In this document: piece after piece, positions 29,265 through 42,560 of the stretch | Position numbering within the stretch: the first letter of the stretch is position 1 | Layout: each line of letters starts with the position of its first letter | Assembly (NCBI GenBank): GCA_051362555.1 | Contig: CM120645.1 | Span: 16,802,001-16,866,000 of the forward strand | Source: Lingula anatina | Taxonomy: Eukaryota > Animalia > Brachiopoda | DNA: 64,000 nucleotides | Reading direction: 5' to 3' | Made by a program: the position numbers and the translations under genes | The notes under the pieces: model-generated | Told to the model about the DNA's origin: nothing | What the model saw: only the letters and a program-made list of their open reading frames with translations | The model's database searches: none

Positions 29265-32200
29265 AGTAAACCTCTACTTAGAAAACTGCTATTACTATGA
29301 CAGATAGCATTAGCCCTCAATTACATGACATCTTTCTGAAGTCAGAATTTGAGATAATAACACATTCTGCCTCTCACCAGGAAGTTATGACAATCAAATT
29401 TTGTCAATTGCTCCTCCCTCCTTTGCCAGGGGAGGTGGTTGACTTCCTGGCCCCTATAATCTAGATCTGTGTTGATGGATTGGTTTCACAATTTTTTGCT
29501 TGAAAAAGACTTCTTATTGTGGTGTTTGTTCCCAAAATCTTCATTTTGAACAAATAAACAGGTAACAGAGGGCACTAAAGTCTTCTAACCACAGTCATTA
29601 CTACACTGTCTCCATAATAAGATCACCTGTTTGCTTCTAAGATAACACAGTTTTATGAAATCGTTTCCCTCTGCTTTTTAATTTTTTTTCTTAACCAAAA
29701 GAAAAAAAAAGATTTTTAAAATTTATATAAAGAAAACATGTATACCTCATTGTTATTCTCTACTATGCAGGGACCCTGCTGGCTGTTCTAGACATTACAA
29801 AATAGATGCAGGGTTATTTTGTCTCTGCTAGAACAGCAAGAAGGGTTTCTGTGTGCTACTGTGGTAGAAATACCTGTGGTAGAAATAGGGTAGTTAGAAA
29901 ATTTATGGATGGGAAATAGTTTTATAACAAGATGGAAATACACCTGAATGACTCTTACACTGATTCCCTGACTTAAAACTTCCCTATTTCATGTTGCTAC
30001 AGCACTACAACTTTCGTGATATCTTTGTCATAAAATATGACATCTTTATTAAATATGTTCATCTTTGTTTCTTTACCTGCTGGGTAAGTCTTTATATTAA
30101 CAACAGTGTTTTGTACTCTTTACAATGGCCAGGTAAGGCACTACACGCACGCACAGATTCCTTCCTGTATCAGTTTGTTAGTGCATTTTTTACATTGAAG
30201 TCTACCATTTCCTACCAGTATGCAAGGTATCATATGTTCTATACAGGTTTTTCTAACAGTCCTGTTGTCACAGCTGGCATTGTATCAATGTTAAAACATT
30301 TTTCTCTCTAGTTCATATTGCCTACAGCTAAATGAGGAACATACAGGTCAAATTTTTTTATAACCCACATTTATGGCATGCAATTTAAATGTTCCTGCAA
30401 GTTATGTGTTATAAAGTATTGCTCTCATTTTCATTCAACTCAGTTTCTTTAAATGATATCAGGTCAAAACTAGGATCCATTTTAAGTTGAATCTTTGGTC
30501 AAAACAAACATGTTCATGTGTATTTCTTCATGTTTTACCTTTCAAAAGTACACTTTTCATCACTAATTTTGCCTTAATAAACATACCTTAATTTTTTCCT
30601 TCTTTTAATCTCTTTTTTTTAACAAAGGAGTTTAAATATTCAAAATACTACATAATTACAGCAAGTCATTCAGAGCTGATTTATATAAATAAGAAATCTT
30701 GCTTTTAATTTTTATAAACAATATGCCCCCCTCCTGTCTTTAACAACTTCATCCTCAAAGCTTACAAGATATATTAAGACCATTGCCTGCCAGTGCCTTT
30801 CTGGGGTGAAATGTTACACTATTAACATTCAGGTTATTGCCAAAGAAAATGTTTGAAAGTGAGAAAAAACGTGTGCATTTTTACATCTGGTCTGGGTGAG
30901 AAGGGCGAACCCATTGAAATAACCACTTTCAGGGGTCGCTGCTTGCCTCTTAATGATAGAAATGGCACCCGTCTTTTTCAGTGTTTTATTAAGATAGCAA
31001 GGCATATGATATATTTATCACATTTCTGATATATATCAGTAAGTACTTCAAGTTTTATATCTGAAACAGGCCAATAAAGTGATCAAATAATGCTGTAACT
31101 GTTCAAATGCTACATTTCAAGGGTGCGCATTGTTCTATATGTTGTTCTCATAGATAAAACTTTACACTACAAAATTCACAATCAAGTCTACTCATAATAT
31201 CACACCATAGGCACCTCTTTTATACTCCTACTAAGTACTTGCATACATCTCCTAACCCCCATTTTAACTACTAGTACACTATATTTCGCTTGAAATATTT
31301 TTAGCATCTTACGCTGATTCACAATTTCAACACCACTGTAGTTTTATTGATACTAACAACTGCCTGCTGCACTGTCTGCTGAAAGTTAGACGCTTCCATT
31401 CCCTGACAGTTCCCCCCTATAGTTCCCTGTTGTAGATTACGTGTACTTTACACAGTAACGTAAACTGTGAGCAGTAATTGACATGTGGTGTGACCGAGTA
31501 ACTTAGAAGTCTGCCTCACACCTCTCAGACAACCTGTCTTGTTATATTACTAATAAATGAGATGCAAGACAAGGGCAATTTTTAATGATCTGGTAAAGAA
31601 CTAACAAGCAAGAAAACATGGGATCGTGAACAAACTTGCGCACATCGTAGAGATTCACTGAGATGGACAGACTTGCAACACAGCAGCACTGATAAATGAG
31701 AGCAGTTTCTAAACTGTAAAGGTAAAAACAAAGAGTCATAAAATCTACCAAAGTGGCCTCATTAAACAATCTCCATTAACAGAATGTCAAAACCATTTAA
31801 TCTCTCTTTCTGTTATCACAGCTTGAGGTAGGCCACTCGAATGAAATTTAAAACTTCTCAAATATTAAAAAAATTCAAGAGTCACCACTTAGAAATATAT
31901 TTTTTCCTCTCCTTTAAGAGCCATGCACCTTCATGAATCGGGGAGGCAAACACTTCCCTCGACCATAAATTAGCTATAAATCACAGGTATTTTAAACGGG
32001 TTGTCACCGGGTACAATGACAAGTCTGCCTGGTTCAGCTATGCATGGCTGGTATGAGCTGCTGAACTACACGCTAGAAGGGTGGCCATTTCTTTTGTATA
32101 AATGTTCATCGAGCTTAAACTTTAGCATGGGGTATCTTCAAGTTCAAGGTGGCAAGACATATAGGAATAAACAGATTAGGAAATTTTGCTATAAATCAAC

Positions 32201-35200
32201 TGCAGCTCTATTACTAGTAGTTATTAGCTTTATTAAAATGTGGCAAAATATGATCATTCAAAAGCTAGCAATTTATTTTCCAGCCATGAAAATTTTATTG
32301 TTCTTTATACTGAGCACAGCAGTGGCATCTTTTTAAAATAGATGCATTGGGTACAACATTAATTACAGTAGTAAAGAGAAGTAAGCTTTCTGCTGCTACT
32401 TCTTATGTTTTTATTTTCATGTCTTTTTTTCTTTACTTCTATCTTGAGATTATTTTTGGCATGTTGATAGTCAATATAGCTGCAATTTGTTTTACACTTA
32501 AGACTGATCTCATCACATTTGCTGATAAGATTTGTTATCAACCCATCACATAGAAACGAGATCCATCAGTGAAACGTGAGTTTTATGACAAAATCATTGT
32601 TTCCAAGTTGACAAAAACTGCTGCTCTTTGATGTCAGCCATTCCAATTTTGACTAATCACTCTGCCTAGATCAAAAGAAAATTGACCTATCCTAAATGAT
32701 CTGTACACTTTGGAAATGACTCTTTCTCATTTCAGCACTAATTGCTTGGATCATGTCAGAAATCCCTTCCTGTATACCACCAAAAAATAACTTGCATCTG
32801 GCATTTTGCTGAAACCACCACAGACAAGCTTCTGTTTCCCTTCTTTTCACATCTTTACCCTAGGTAATATATGTGTGCTGTGCTGTAAGATTGACTTTTA
32901 ATGGCAATATACCGTAATCACAATCAGAAAACCAGCTGACTTAATTGGGTCATGCTGTCCAATCATGATTGGAAACTGAATTGAGGGGCCCTTTTTTAAA
33001 AAGCTATTCCGAGTGAGTTAACGCAGTCATACAGTCTTCATTTCCTATGCCAGGGTACTTTCCCTTTTCACCTGCATAGTTGGCAGAATGTCTGCTGGGT
33101 CTGCTTGATCTTGAGATCAATAATGTCTATGGTTTCTTCTAGTGTGGACATTTTCACCTGTGAGTCAGCCATGAAAGTGGTTATGCAGAGCAGCTGACTG
33201 CATTAGGGCCACTCCCAGGGGGCCGCACCAATATCATTGTTCATGCTAACAAGTGTATTTCACGCCAAGCATACCAGAATGCACTCAATGGGGCAATAAG
33301 GTTGACATACCAGGCAATATTCTCCATAGTAAAGTCAGTGTGACATTATTTTCATAACTACATTTTACTTTTTTTGCAGTAACAACATAATTGCAAACAA
33401 TAAAAAGTCAGTTAATTTTCCACTTTTGAAGCACCTTTAAACATTCAGCCACAATAGCTACTCAATTATTTAACCACTGCTGCCATTAAACCATTTCCCA
33501 CAGCAACCAAAATCACTACTGCAACTTTGTCCGAATAAATAATGTCATAGGCCACTGGTTCAATTCAAGGCAGAAATGTAACACCAAGGTTCGAGAGAAA
33601 CTGAGCTGAAAAAGAGGACACTCAGCCATTTTTGTCTGTGATTAACCTTGACAGGTGAACCGAAAAAAGTTCTGTCTAAAAAATGAGAAAGAAGAGTGGA
33701 AGAACAAGGTGTGCTATAATTTCTGTACACAATTCTTAAATGAGCTGGAATAATAATCGGAGGGTGCTTCTGGCATACTGCTATGATCTCATTTTCTTTC
33801 ACTGCACCTTAGCAAACTGATGGTGGCTGTCAAAGTACATATGAGAAATATGGTAGACAGCATTTAATTTTGATAAAAATTCACCCATCTTTCAGAAGAA
33901 ATGGAGTAAACACGTTTATAATTTTAAAATGCATAATTTGTAAGTAAGATCTAAAACAATACCACACTTAAGAGAAAAAGATGGTGCATGTGATATGATT
34001 TAGACTATTTTGGCCGTTTAAAACATTAAGGGGAAGGGGGCTCATACACAACATGTACTTTGTATTCTCTGTCTGAGTTGTCTACCACAGTCATCAGATA
34101 GTCCCCAGGTAAATTACCAGGTAACAAGTGCACATCCAGACAGATAACCCAGATCTTATGGCCTCTTATCTACTGCTTGTGATGATACATCACTGCAATT
34201 TCAGTACAGCACTCATGCTATCTTCTGCTGGGCCCTGTTTATTACATACACATGCGCACATGCCCGTGCGAATAAAATATTCACTTTCTTAGTTCTAAAT
34301 TAATATGGGCAACTTCTTAAAACTTAAAAAAATTAAAAAGGGATTCTTTTGCAGTACAAGTACATCCACAAATAATTGCTTTTAGTTTCTGTAGAATGAT
34401 GAGTGAATAGCCGGAGCTAAATATCATGTTAGAGCTAGTTTGGAACTTGCATGCTATGGCATGACAAACAGAATAACATGGGAATCCTTGGAGACACGCT
34501 TCCCACCTTATCAATAGGAAAATAATCAAACTGAACTTTTCATGACTGATTGGCCATTGGAAATATTTGCCTGGGTGTGAAGTGAAGCTGATAGGTTGAA
34601 ATTAGAAGGACTCTAATCATATTTATTACCCCAGAGGATGCAGTGGGCATCTTCCATTGTGCTCAAAGAAGTTATAGAATTTAAAACGCCAAAAGAACAG
34701 CTTTCAAGTGTCTGTTTCAACTAGTGTGACTTAAACAACTTAGCAGGTATAATACTAAACCTGCCAAATACCATTATGCTTTTAACGCTTTTGGACGAAA
34801 ATCCCCATAACAAAGTCAGTAGGATCAGAACTTAAAACTACCGCCAGGGATATAGAACTTTGCCTGCTCAATACATCCTGCATGACTAGCAATCCGCCTT
34901 TGAATAAAGGCTTAAAGCAATATTAGAGTAAGTAAAGAGATTAACCCCACATCTTACGTTTCACCACTTCATCCAACTGTTTACCTAGACTATAACCTGC
35001 GATAGCTCTCGATAGCTCTCGGGGAGAATCAGTCAATACCTCGGCATAGCTAGTGGTGTTGACCCAGGCCTCCACCCTTTGTTCGGGCCAAAGTAAAATT
35101 TTGCAAAAGACTGAACATTTATAAAAGCTCAAACTTTCTCTTTCTGTATAAGGCTAGAAAAACAAGGTTGTTGGTGTTGTAAGAACTTGAGCCTGCACAA

Positions 35201-35973
35201 TTCAACTTATGGGGCAATTGTGTTCATCATCTGCTCTTAACAATAAGTGATCTTAGGAAACATCTACAAATATATAGGATTCTATAATATTTATAATTGT
35301 AATCTATGCTATTACTCAACATTTGCAGTATTGTATTACCTGGGAGTTTTGAGCTGAAAATGTCAAAGCACTCAAACATAGACATGTGATTTCTAGTTTT
35401 GTTGCCACTTACAGTCTTAAATTAGACTTGTGAAATAGCAGAGTTCACATTCCAAATTAATTTCTACTTTATGAATGAAGTTATTGCTTAGTTTGAAGGA
35501 TCTGCTTGCACCTTTTTCAGCTACTATATCAAATCAGCACTTCTGACTTGCGTCATATATAATAATTATTGTAGACATGAAAAATGTGAGGAATTTTAAC
35601 ATAAACTTACTTTCTACCTTGCTGAGGTAAAAATAAACATGTATGTTTGTGCAGAGGGCTCAAAGAAATATGCTCTGCAATATACACCATAAAACATCAG
35701 TTCTGACATTTTTTTTTCAATGATAATGATGAAAATGTGCTTTAAACAATGACCACATTTCTTCAGACTGACCCATGCTCCTAAAAATCATAGTTTGCTA
35801 TTTTAGGAAACATAGTTGAAATGGTCCTAATACTGACACAAATCAATTTGCATCTATAGTTAATCTTAACCCTTGGACTGTAGCCTATTTAATTAAATGT
35901 TAAAACAGTAACAAGGTGAGAAATTATGATTTGAATGGTGGGGGAGGGGGAAAATGCAAATTCATGTACTCAC

Positions 35974-38900
35974 CAGACACCATCACAGAAAGAGTTCCGT
36001 TGGTTCTAACATCAGAATTTAGGCGAGAATCGAGACGTATCCATCCTGTATCTCTATCCAGGTGTAAGAGTCCAGCTTCGTTACCCGATGTAAAACGATA
36101 AGTCAGCTCTGCTGTCTCATCAGGATCATAGGCAGGGACCTTGGCAATATATCCAGTTGGGAAATGATTCTTGTAGTTGTTAAAAATGATCTTAAAATGT
36201 TCCAATTGTGGTTCATTGTCATTTACATCCAGCACACGAATTATGATGGTCGCCTCACTAAGCAGTGTGCCAGAGTTGGCCCTTACTTTCACCTCATAGG
36301 ATTTCTTAGAAGACTCATAATCTAATTCAGTGAGAGTCCTCAAAATGGCTGTATCTCCTGGACCATCAACAAGCTCGAACGCGTCGGCATCCATGCCTCC
36401 TCTGATCTGGTACGTGATCTGTGCATTAGTGCCATCATCTGGATCCCTTGCTCTTATGGTGCCCACCGTGGACCCTATTGGACTATTTTCAGGGATTTGT
36501 ACCGTGATTTGGCTAGTCTCAAAGACAGGGGCGTTATCATTGATATCACTTACATCTACTGTGATGTGGACTGAAGTAGACCTTGGCGGGTCTCCTCGAT
36601 CAATGGCATATGCAATCAGATCGTACTGGGCTATACGCTCTCTGTCTAATGGCTTTGCCACATAGATGGTGCCCAAGGTTTCATCAATCATAAAGTCACC
36701 GTTTCCACTGTTACCCCCTTGAAAAGAATAACGAATCATTCCGTTTGATAAAGTGTCCGCATCCGTTGCTGAAACTTCAGTAACTCTCGTCCCTGACAGC
36801 GCATCTTCTGAAATCCGCCCAGTGTAGGTGTCCTTTGAAAATATTGGAGAGTTGTCGTTGAAATCATCAATGAAGATTTCCATTTCAGTGACATCAGACT
36901 GTGGAGGATTACCTTGGTCTGTTGCTGTCACAGATAAAAAATATGATGGGTTTACCTCTCTGTCAAGTGGCCGCCTTGTGCGAATATCTCCAGTTGTTGG
37001 GTTGATTTCAAAGTCATTGTTATCCTGCAGGGTGTACTCTATCTGAGCATTTGTTCCCACATCATCATCAAGAGCAACAACTTTGTAAATACTTGTCCTG
37101 ACAGGAACATTTTCTAACACCCGTGTGGAGTATGGCTCTCCTTGAAATATGGGTCTGTGTGTATTAGCATCAGACACTGCAATATTAACAGTTGCTGTGT
37201 CCTTCAGAGTGCCTGTATCCTCTACAACAATGGTAAGAATATAACGATTCTGAACTTTATAATTCAAGGGCTGAGCAAGAGTAATAATTCCTTTCCCCAT
37301 CTGTCTGGTGATTCGGAAAGTGTTCCCAATGTTACCACTTTCTATGGTGTAAACAAGGCCATTGTTCTGGTTGGCGTCTAAATCCGTTGCTGTCACTTCA
37401 GCGACCACACGCCCCAGCTGCAGCTCTTCTGACACTGTGATGTCATATGTGCGTGGATTGAACAATGGTGCATTATCATTTACGTCAATGACATTCACTC
37501 GCACACTAGCACTAGCCGATCTAGGAGGGGTCCCCCTGTCGCGCGCTTCCACCATAAATTCATACTCTGCTGACGTCTCTCGATCTAAAGCAGCGTTTGT
37601 GGTTATAACTCCCGTACTTGACTGTATGGCAATAGGCATGTTTGGAGGAGAATTTTTAATGGTATATATGATGTTTCCATTAGAACCAGAATCCCTATCA
37701 AAAGCCTGAACCTGGGTGATAGTGGTTCCCACAGCAGCATTTTCCTTTATGTTTTCTACATAGGAAGATCCTGGGAAAATGGGATCATTATCATTGACAT
37801 CTTTCACATTGATCAGCACTGAGGTACTGTTTGACCTGCGTGGAAAGCCGCTATCTTGGGCTCTAACACTCAGCCTGTACGTGTTCACGAGTTCATAGTC
37901 AAGGGACTGTAGTAAGCGTATTTCACCATTGTTGCTATCAATGCTAAAAGCTCCAGTGTTTGAGCCAGTGATGCTGTACTGGATCTGGGAATTCGTGCCT
38001 TCGTCTCTGTCTGTGGCTTGTATCTGGCCGATGATGGGATCAGTTGAAGGACTGGTATTTTCCTCCACTTCAAACTGGTATGAGCTTTGCGAAAACTGCG
38101 GGCTATTGTCGTTTTGGTCTTTGACAGTGATCTCCACTTCCGTAGTTGTAGATTTTCTGTCACTGACAGAACCTTGATCTGTGGCTTGAACATTGATGGT
38201 ATATCTAGAGGTTCTCTCTCGATCAAGACGTAGACGAGTGGTTATAATACCTGTTGTAGGATTGATACGAAAGGCATCATTAGGGCCACTTGGGTTAAGA
38301 ATGCTATAGGCAATTTTTGCATTGTCACCAAAATCCTCATCAGTGGCTCGGACTGTGATTACTGGCGATCCTATTGACGTTGTCTCTGGGACCTCACGTG
38401 CATATGATGTACTCTCAAACACAGGGGCATGATCGTTAACATCTTGGACATACACTGTGAGTGATGTGGTCCCACTTTTCTGAGGCCGCCCATTGTCCAT
38501 TGCTATGACTTGGAAATAGTGAGCTGGTATTCTTTCTCTATCTAACCTTTGTGTTGTTTTCACCTGGCCTGAGCTTGGGTTGATCATGAAAAGATCCTGA
38601 CTTCGACCATCACGGGTGGCCAAGATGGAGTAAGTCAGCGTCCCAGCACTCTCTGGGTCTCCGTCTGAGGCCGTTATTGTGGCTACTATGTATCCCTCTT
38701 GTTGCTCCTCTGGTACATTTTTGACATAAGAGGACCGTGCAAAGCGTGGAGGGTTATTCCCAACTTGCCTCTTTAACCTTTGTCTGGATATCTCAGTAGG
38801 TCTTTTAACATTCATTAAGAGATCCAGGTGTGAGAACATTTCTTTTGTGGGAGATTCACTTTTGCGTAGCACAACTTCAATAGGAATGGAACTTGAGGAC

Positions 38901-39568
38901 AGGAAACCTGAACACTGAGATTCTATAACCCCCATGAAGTGCTGAGGGGCAGCAGCAAGACATGCTCTCTGCACAGCATATAGAGAACCTGCTGAGCTCA
39001 GGTAAAAAAAGTTGGAATTAGTTTCACTCGTCTTGTATGATAGTCTACATTTTCGTAGAGAACTGGGTAAGAAGTTGGCCAAATTCAGAATGAACCGACT
39101 TTTTGGGAAACAAGCACCTGTTCCTAAATCACTACTGGCTATAATGGCGTGGGTATCATCCTCTCCTTTCTGCGATTTCCTCCGAAATTTCAGGTAATTA
39201 TTCTCTGAGTGAACAAACACGTTTACAGGCATTAAAGTTAAGTTTGAATTTTTTAAATCTCCACTAGTCCTTGACTCAATGAATAAAGTCATTGGGTTTT
39301 GCATCATATCAAAAGATTTTGGTTGGGACTCAAGTCGTAATACTCCAGCACTGTTTAACGTGAAAAACTCACTGGTGCCTATATCGCTGAGCGGCCAGTC
39401 TAACCTGTAACTCCAATCCGCTCCAAGACTGGCATTGAACAGAACTGTTCCTATGGGTTCAGTTTCTGAGATATGTATCTCTAAAGCCCATGTTATCCAC
39501 ACATTGAGCATAAAACAGCCAAGAACAAGCAGGTGCCGATAAATCTGCGACATAATTGTACTGTCCAT
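35974..39568 (-). CDS. CELSR: CELSR/flamingo coding exon 1: signal peptide, prodomain, furin site, cadherin repeats
   Basis: The 1232-aa ORF has repeated cadherin motifs (DxNDNxPxF, LDRE, A.DxG.P). First ATG at 39568 sits in perfect Kozak context GCCACCATGG, followed by a hydrophobic signal-like stretch (LLVLGCFMLNVWITWA) and RQRLKR before repeat 1. Ends at ...VMVS G|gtgagt, phase 1. Confidence 0.96.
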
Positions 39569-39779
39569 GGTGGCACTTGCAATCACAACCACACTGCCGT
39601 GGTTTCCAGGTGTACGTCGCAACCGTTTCCGTACTTCTTAACTCTACCACTACCTAGATTACAACCATTTTCACAGTACCGATCCCTCTATGTAAGATGT
39701 CTCATTTTCCATTACTTGATCGCTTTTGACTGTTGAGAAAATAACTTTTTGCAGCCCATTTTCTCCCGGTCCCACTTGT

Positions 39780-40085
39780 TTCACGTTCAAAATGGCTGCA
39801 CCGCTTTACAATCGGCTGTTCTAGACTCCTCCCTCCGTACTGTCGTTAATACGAACTTTATCCTGAGAGAACGGCCAAAATGCATTTAGTGCCAATGAAA
39901 CACACCCTTCTTTAAACCTTGACACATATTTTATCGGTACGTTTGATAAAATACAAATTGCATTATTTCGATTATGCATGCAGTGCAACGAGAGGAACAA
40001 TACTAAAATATTTCAATCCACCTGAGATCACGTGACCAAACAAAAGCAAAGGTGTGTGTGTGATAAAGTAGAGTGAGTCACGGCC
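39780..40085 (-). promoter_or_regulatory. Putative CELSR proximal promoter
   Basis: Locally CpG-richer region just upstream of the ATG. YY1-like CAAAATGGCTGC (39788-39799), E-box TCACGTGA (~40028-40035), AP-1 TGAGTCA (40074-40080). TSS cannot be determined from sequence. Confidence 0.45.
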
Positions 40086-41669
40086 GATCTGAAGCACTTA
40101 ATCGAATGATCGATCAGCGTTTGGTTTCAAGCATTTTACTTGATTGATTGAGACGACTCAATCTTTATGACTCGACGTATTTTAATTCAAATAGATTCAA
40201 ATTCGAATATTTTGGTATTTAAACTGTTTAAAATGTTAGCAAGGCAACCTATGTGCAAGAGCTAAGGTTACGGGTTTTAAAATTTTTTCGTTTGAGTCAG
40301 TCATAACAAAAAGTATTTTTAACGCCTTTCAAGTAAATTCAATCATGTTCTTTAATGTTCTAAATTTGTTTGAAATGGACGTCTTTTGATCAGTGTTCGA
40401 TGTGTCAGACGACGTCCAAATAAATGCGGGAGAAATAAGTTCTGTAGAGGGTGATTGATGAAATCTTACAGAAGTTTGAACGTGCTAATAACCAATTGTA
40501 TTATGTTTGCTATCCATTAGTCTAGATGCGTAGATTGCATGTTAGGCATGATAATAACAAGCCAACAAGCTGAATTTTAAACAAAATTGCAACAGGCCTA
40601 CTCCCTCTAGGTTATTAGTATGGGTTTACTTTTCTCTTCTGCACTTACTTTGGACTAGCTAGACATTATAGTTCACAATCAATCACATTTGATTTGATTT
40701 ACAAAGTTTTTGTCTCAGAATTGATGAATCTGCAAGGGGGACTAACGCTCATTACAGAAAGTGATGCATTGAGTAATCCTCAAAGGTAAAGCCACCAGTT
40801 CAAATGATCGCGTTTTCAGTGCTTTACTTATAACAATCAACGTTCAAGTTGGAGTTTTTCGTTTCTTTAAAACACTGTAACCTTATACATTTTTCTTTTT
40901 AAATTTTTATGTATCAATTTAATATTAAAAATTTATTTTTAAATCTTGTTTTTAAGTTTGTTGAAATCATTTATTTGTTGAATGGTTGCCTACAAACTGT
41001 GGATGTACAGTTATGCACACCTACGGTTAAGTACCTAGCGGTGCTTGTGATCATTTGGACGATATACTCCCCGTGTTTTGAAGTCAAATGTCTAAAGGCA
41101 TAGGGAGTGGGAATGTTCATTAAAATAAAGCAATTTTATAGCCAATAAATCTCTCTTTATACCTCTCAATATATCGATTTCAAGATCACCTCACTAATAT
41201 TTGGAATGTACACGTCTGAGACGTATCTATTATTCAAATTTTGAAACTGAGTAAACCTGAGAAAATAGCTTCCATATTCTGCTTCTTCTTCTTCTTCTTT
41301 TTTTTGAAGGACATTTCTAAACATATTGCATTTTGTAAACTAGAGGATCAGAGAGGCGATACCGCCTCCAGATATTGTACCACCAGCTGGAGTAAGCGCA
41401 TTCGTATGGACCCCCCCCCCTCCTAAAAGGGACACCATCACCAGTCTGGTGTTTGACAAGCTCTATAAGATGCAATCAACAAGAGTTCTCAAAATATGCA
41501 AAAAATATAACTAAAAATGATACAATCAAGCAGATTTTCAAATTGACTTGCATTTTCCTACCCTTGCTCACTACTGTATTCTCTAGACAAAAGGCCTATT
41601 GGTTTTCCTTGAAATGTGTTGTCAATGGTGCATATATGCTGACAAAAGAGAAAACCTAGGGGAAACAAT

Positions 41670-42560
41670 GGGCACATCTCTGCTAGATTTAAAGATATGA
41701 GAGGCAAGAAAATATGCAAAGCTCAGTTCATGGTGAAAAAGTAGGTCAAAGGTCAATTTCAATATCATAGTATATGAATTTCTATTCAAGTTCAATAGCA
41801 ACCATGGACATTTCTTTGCCAATTTTGCAGATTTAAAGGCCAGAAAACATGCAAAAAAGCAGTTCATCATAAAAAGTAGGTCAAAGGTCAATTTCAAGGT
41901 CACAGATTGCTAGTGTATTACTTCCTATTCAAGTTCAATAGTAACTATGGACCTATCTGTCAGTTTTGAAGATAAAGGTGAACGAAAATTTGCTAAGTTC
42001 AGTTCATAGTAAAAGGAAGGTCAAAGGTCAATTTAAAGGTCACAGTAAATTGCCAGTTCATGACTTCCTATTTAAGTTCAATAGTAACTATGGACATATC
42101 TCTGCCAGTTTTGGAGATTAAAGGGAACAAAAATTGGCAAAGTTCAATTCATGGTGAAAAGTAGGTCAAAGGTCAATTTTAAGGTCACTGATTAATTGCC
42201 AGTATGTGACTTCCTATTCAAGTTTAATAGTGACTATGGACCTATCTCTGCCAGTTTTGGAGATTAAAGGGAACAAAAATTGGCAAAGTTCAATTCATGG
42301 TGAAAAGTAGGTCAAAGGTCAATTTTAAGGTCACTGTTAAATTGCCAGTATGTGACTTCCTATTCAAGTTCAATAGTAACTATTGACCTATCTCTGCCAG
42401 TTTTGGAGATAAAAGGGAACAAAAATTTGCAAAGTTCAGTTCATGGTGAAAAGTAGGTCAAAGGTCAATTTCAAGCTCACATCTAGATTGCAAGTAAATG
42501 ACTTCCTATTCAACTTAAATAATAACTATTGACCTATCTCTGCCAGTTTTGGAGATATAA
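41670..42560. repeat. Tandem array, about 6 copies of a 135-146 bp unit
   Basis: The anchor GTAGGTCAAAGGTCAATTT recurs at 41741, 41876, ~42016, 42161, 42307 and 42453 (last periods exactly 146). Left copies are more diverged. Confidence 0.92.

Noticed and set aside
36590-36602. RGD in AIDRGDPPRS
   Set aside because: Part of the standard cadherin A.DxGxP calcium-binding motif; no reason to infer integrin binding.
36330-39197. Several plus-strand and alternate-frame ORFs over CELSR exon 1
   Set aside because: Antisense or frame shadows of a long coding exon, with no recognisable motifs.
39569-39622. N-terminal extension MRRTPGNHG... of the 1232-aa ORF
   Set aside because: Starts at TTG. The ATG at 39568 has a perfect Kozak context and precedes the signal peptide.
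41670-42560. CRISPR-like appearance of regularly spaced repeats
   Set aside because: Whole units repeat with no unique spacers, the context is eukaryotic, and there are no cas genes.
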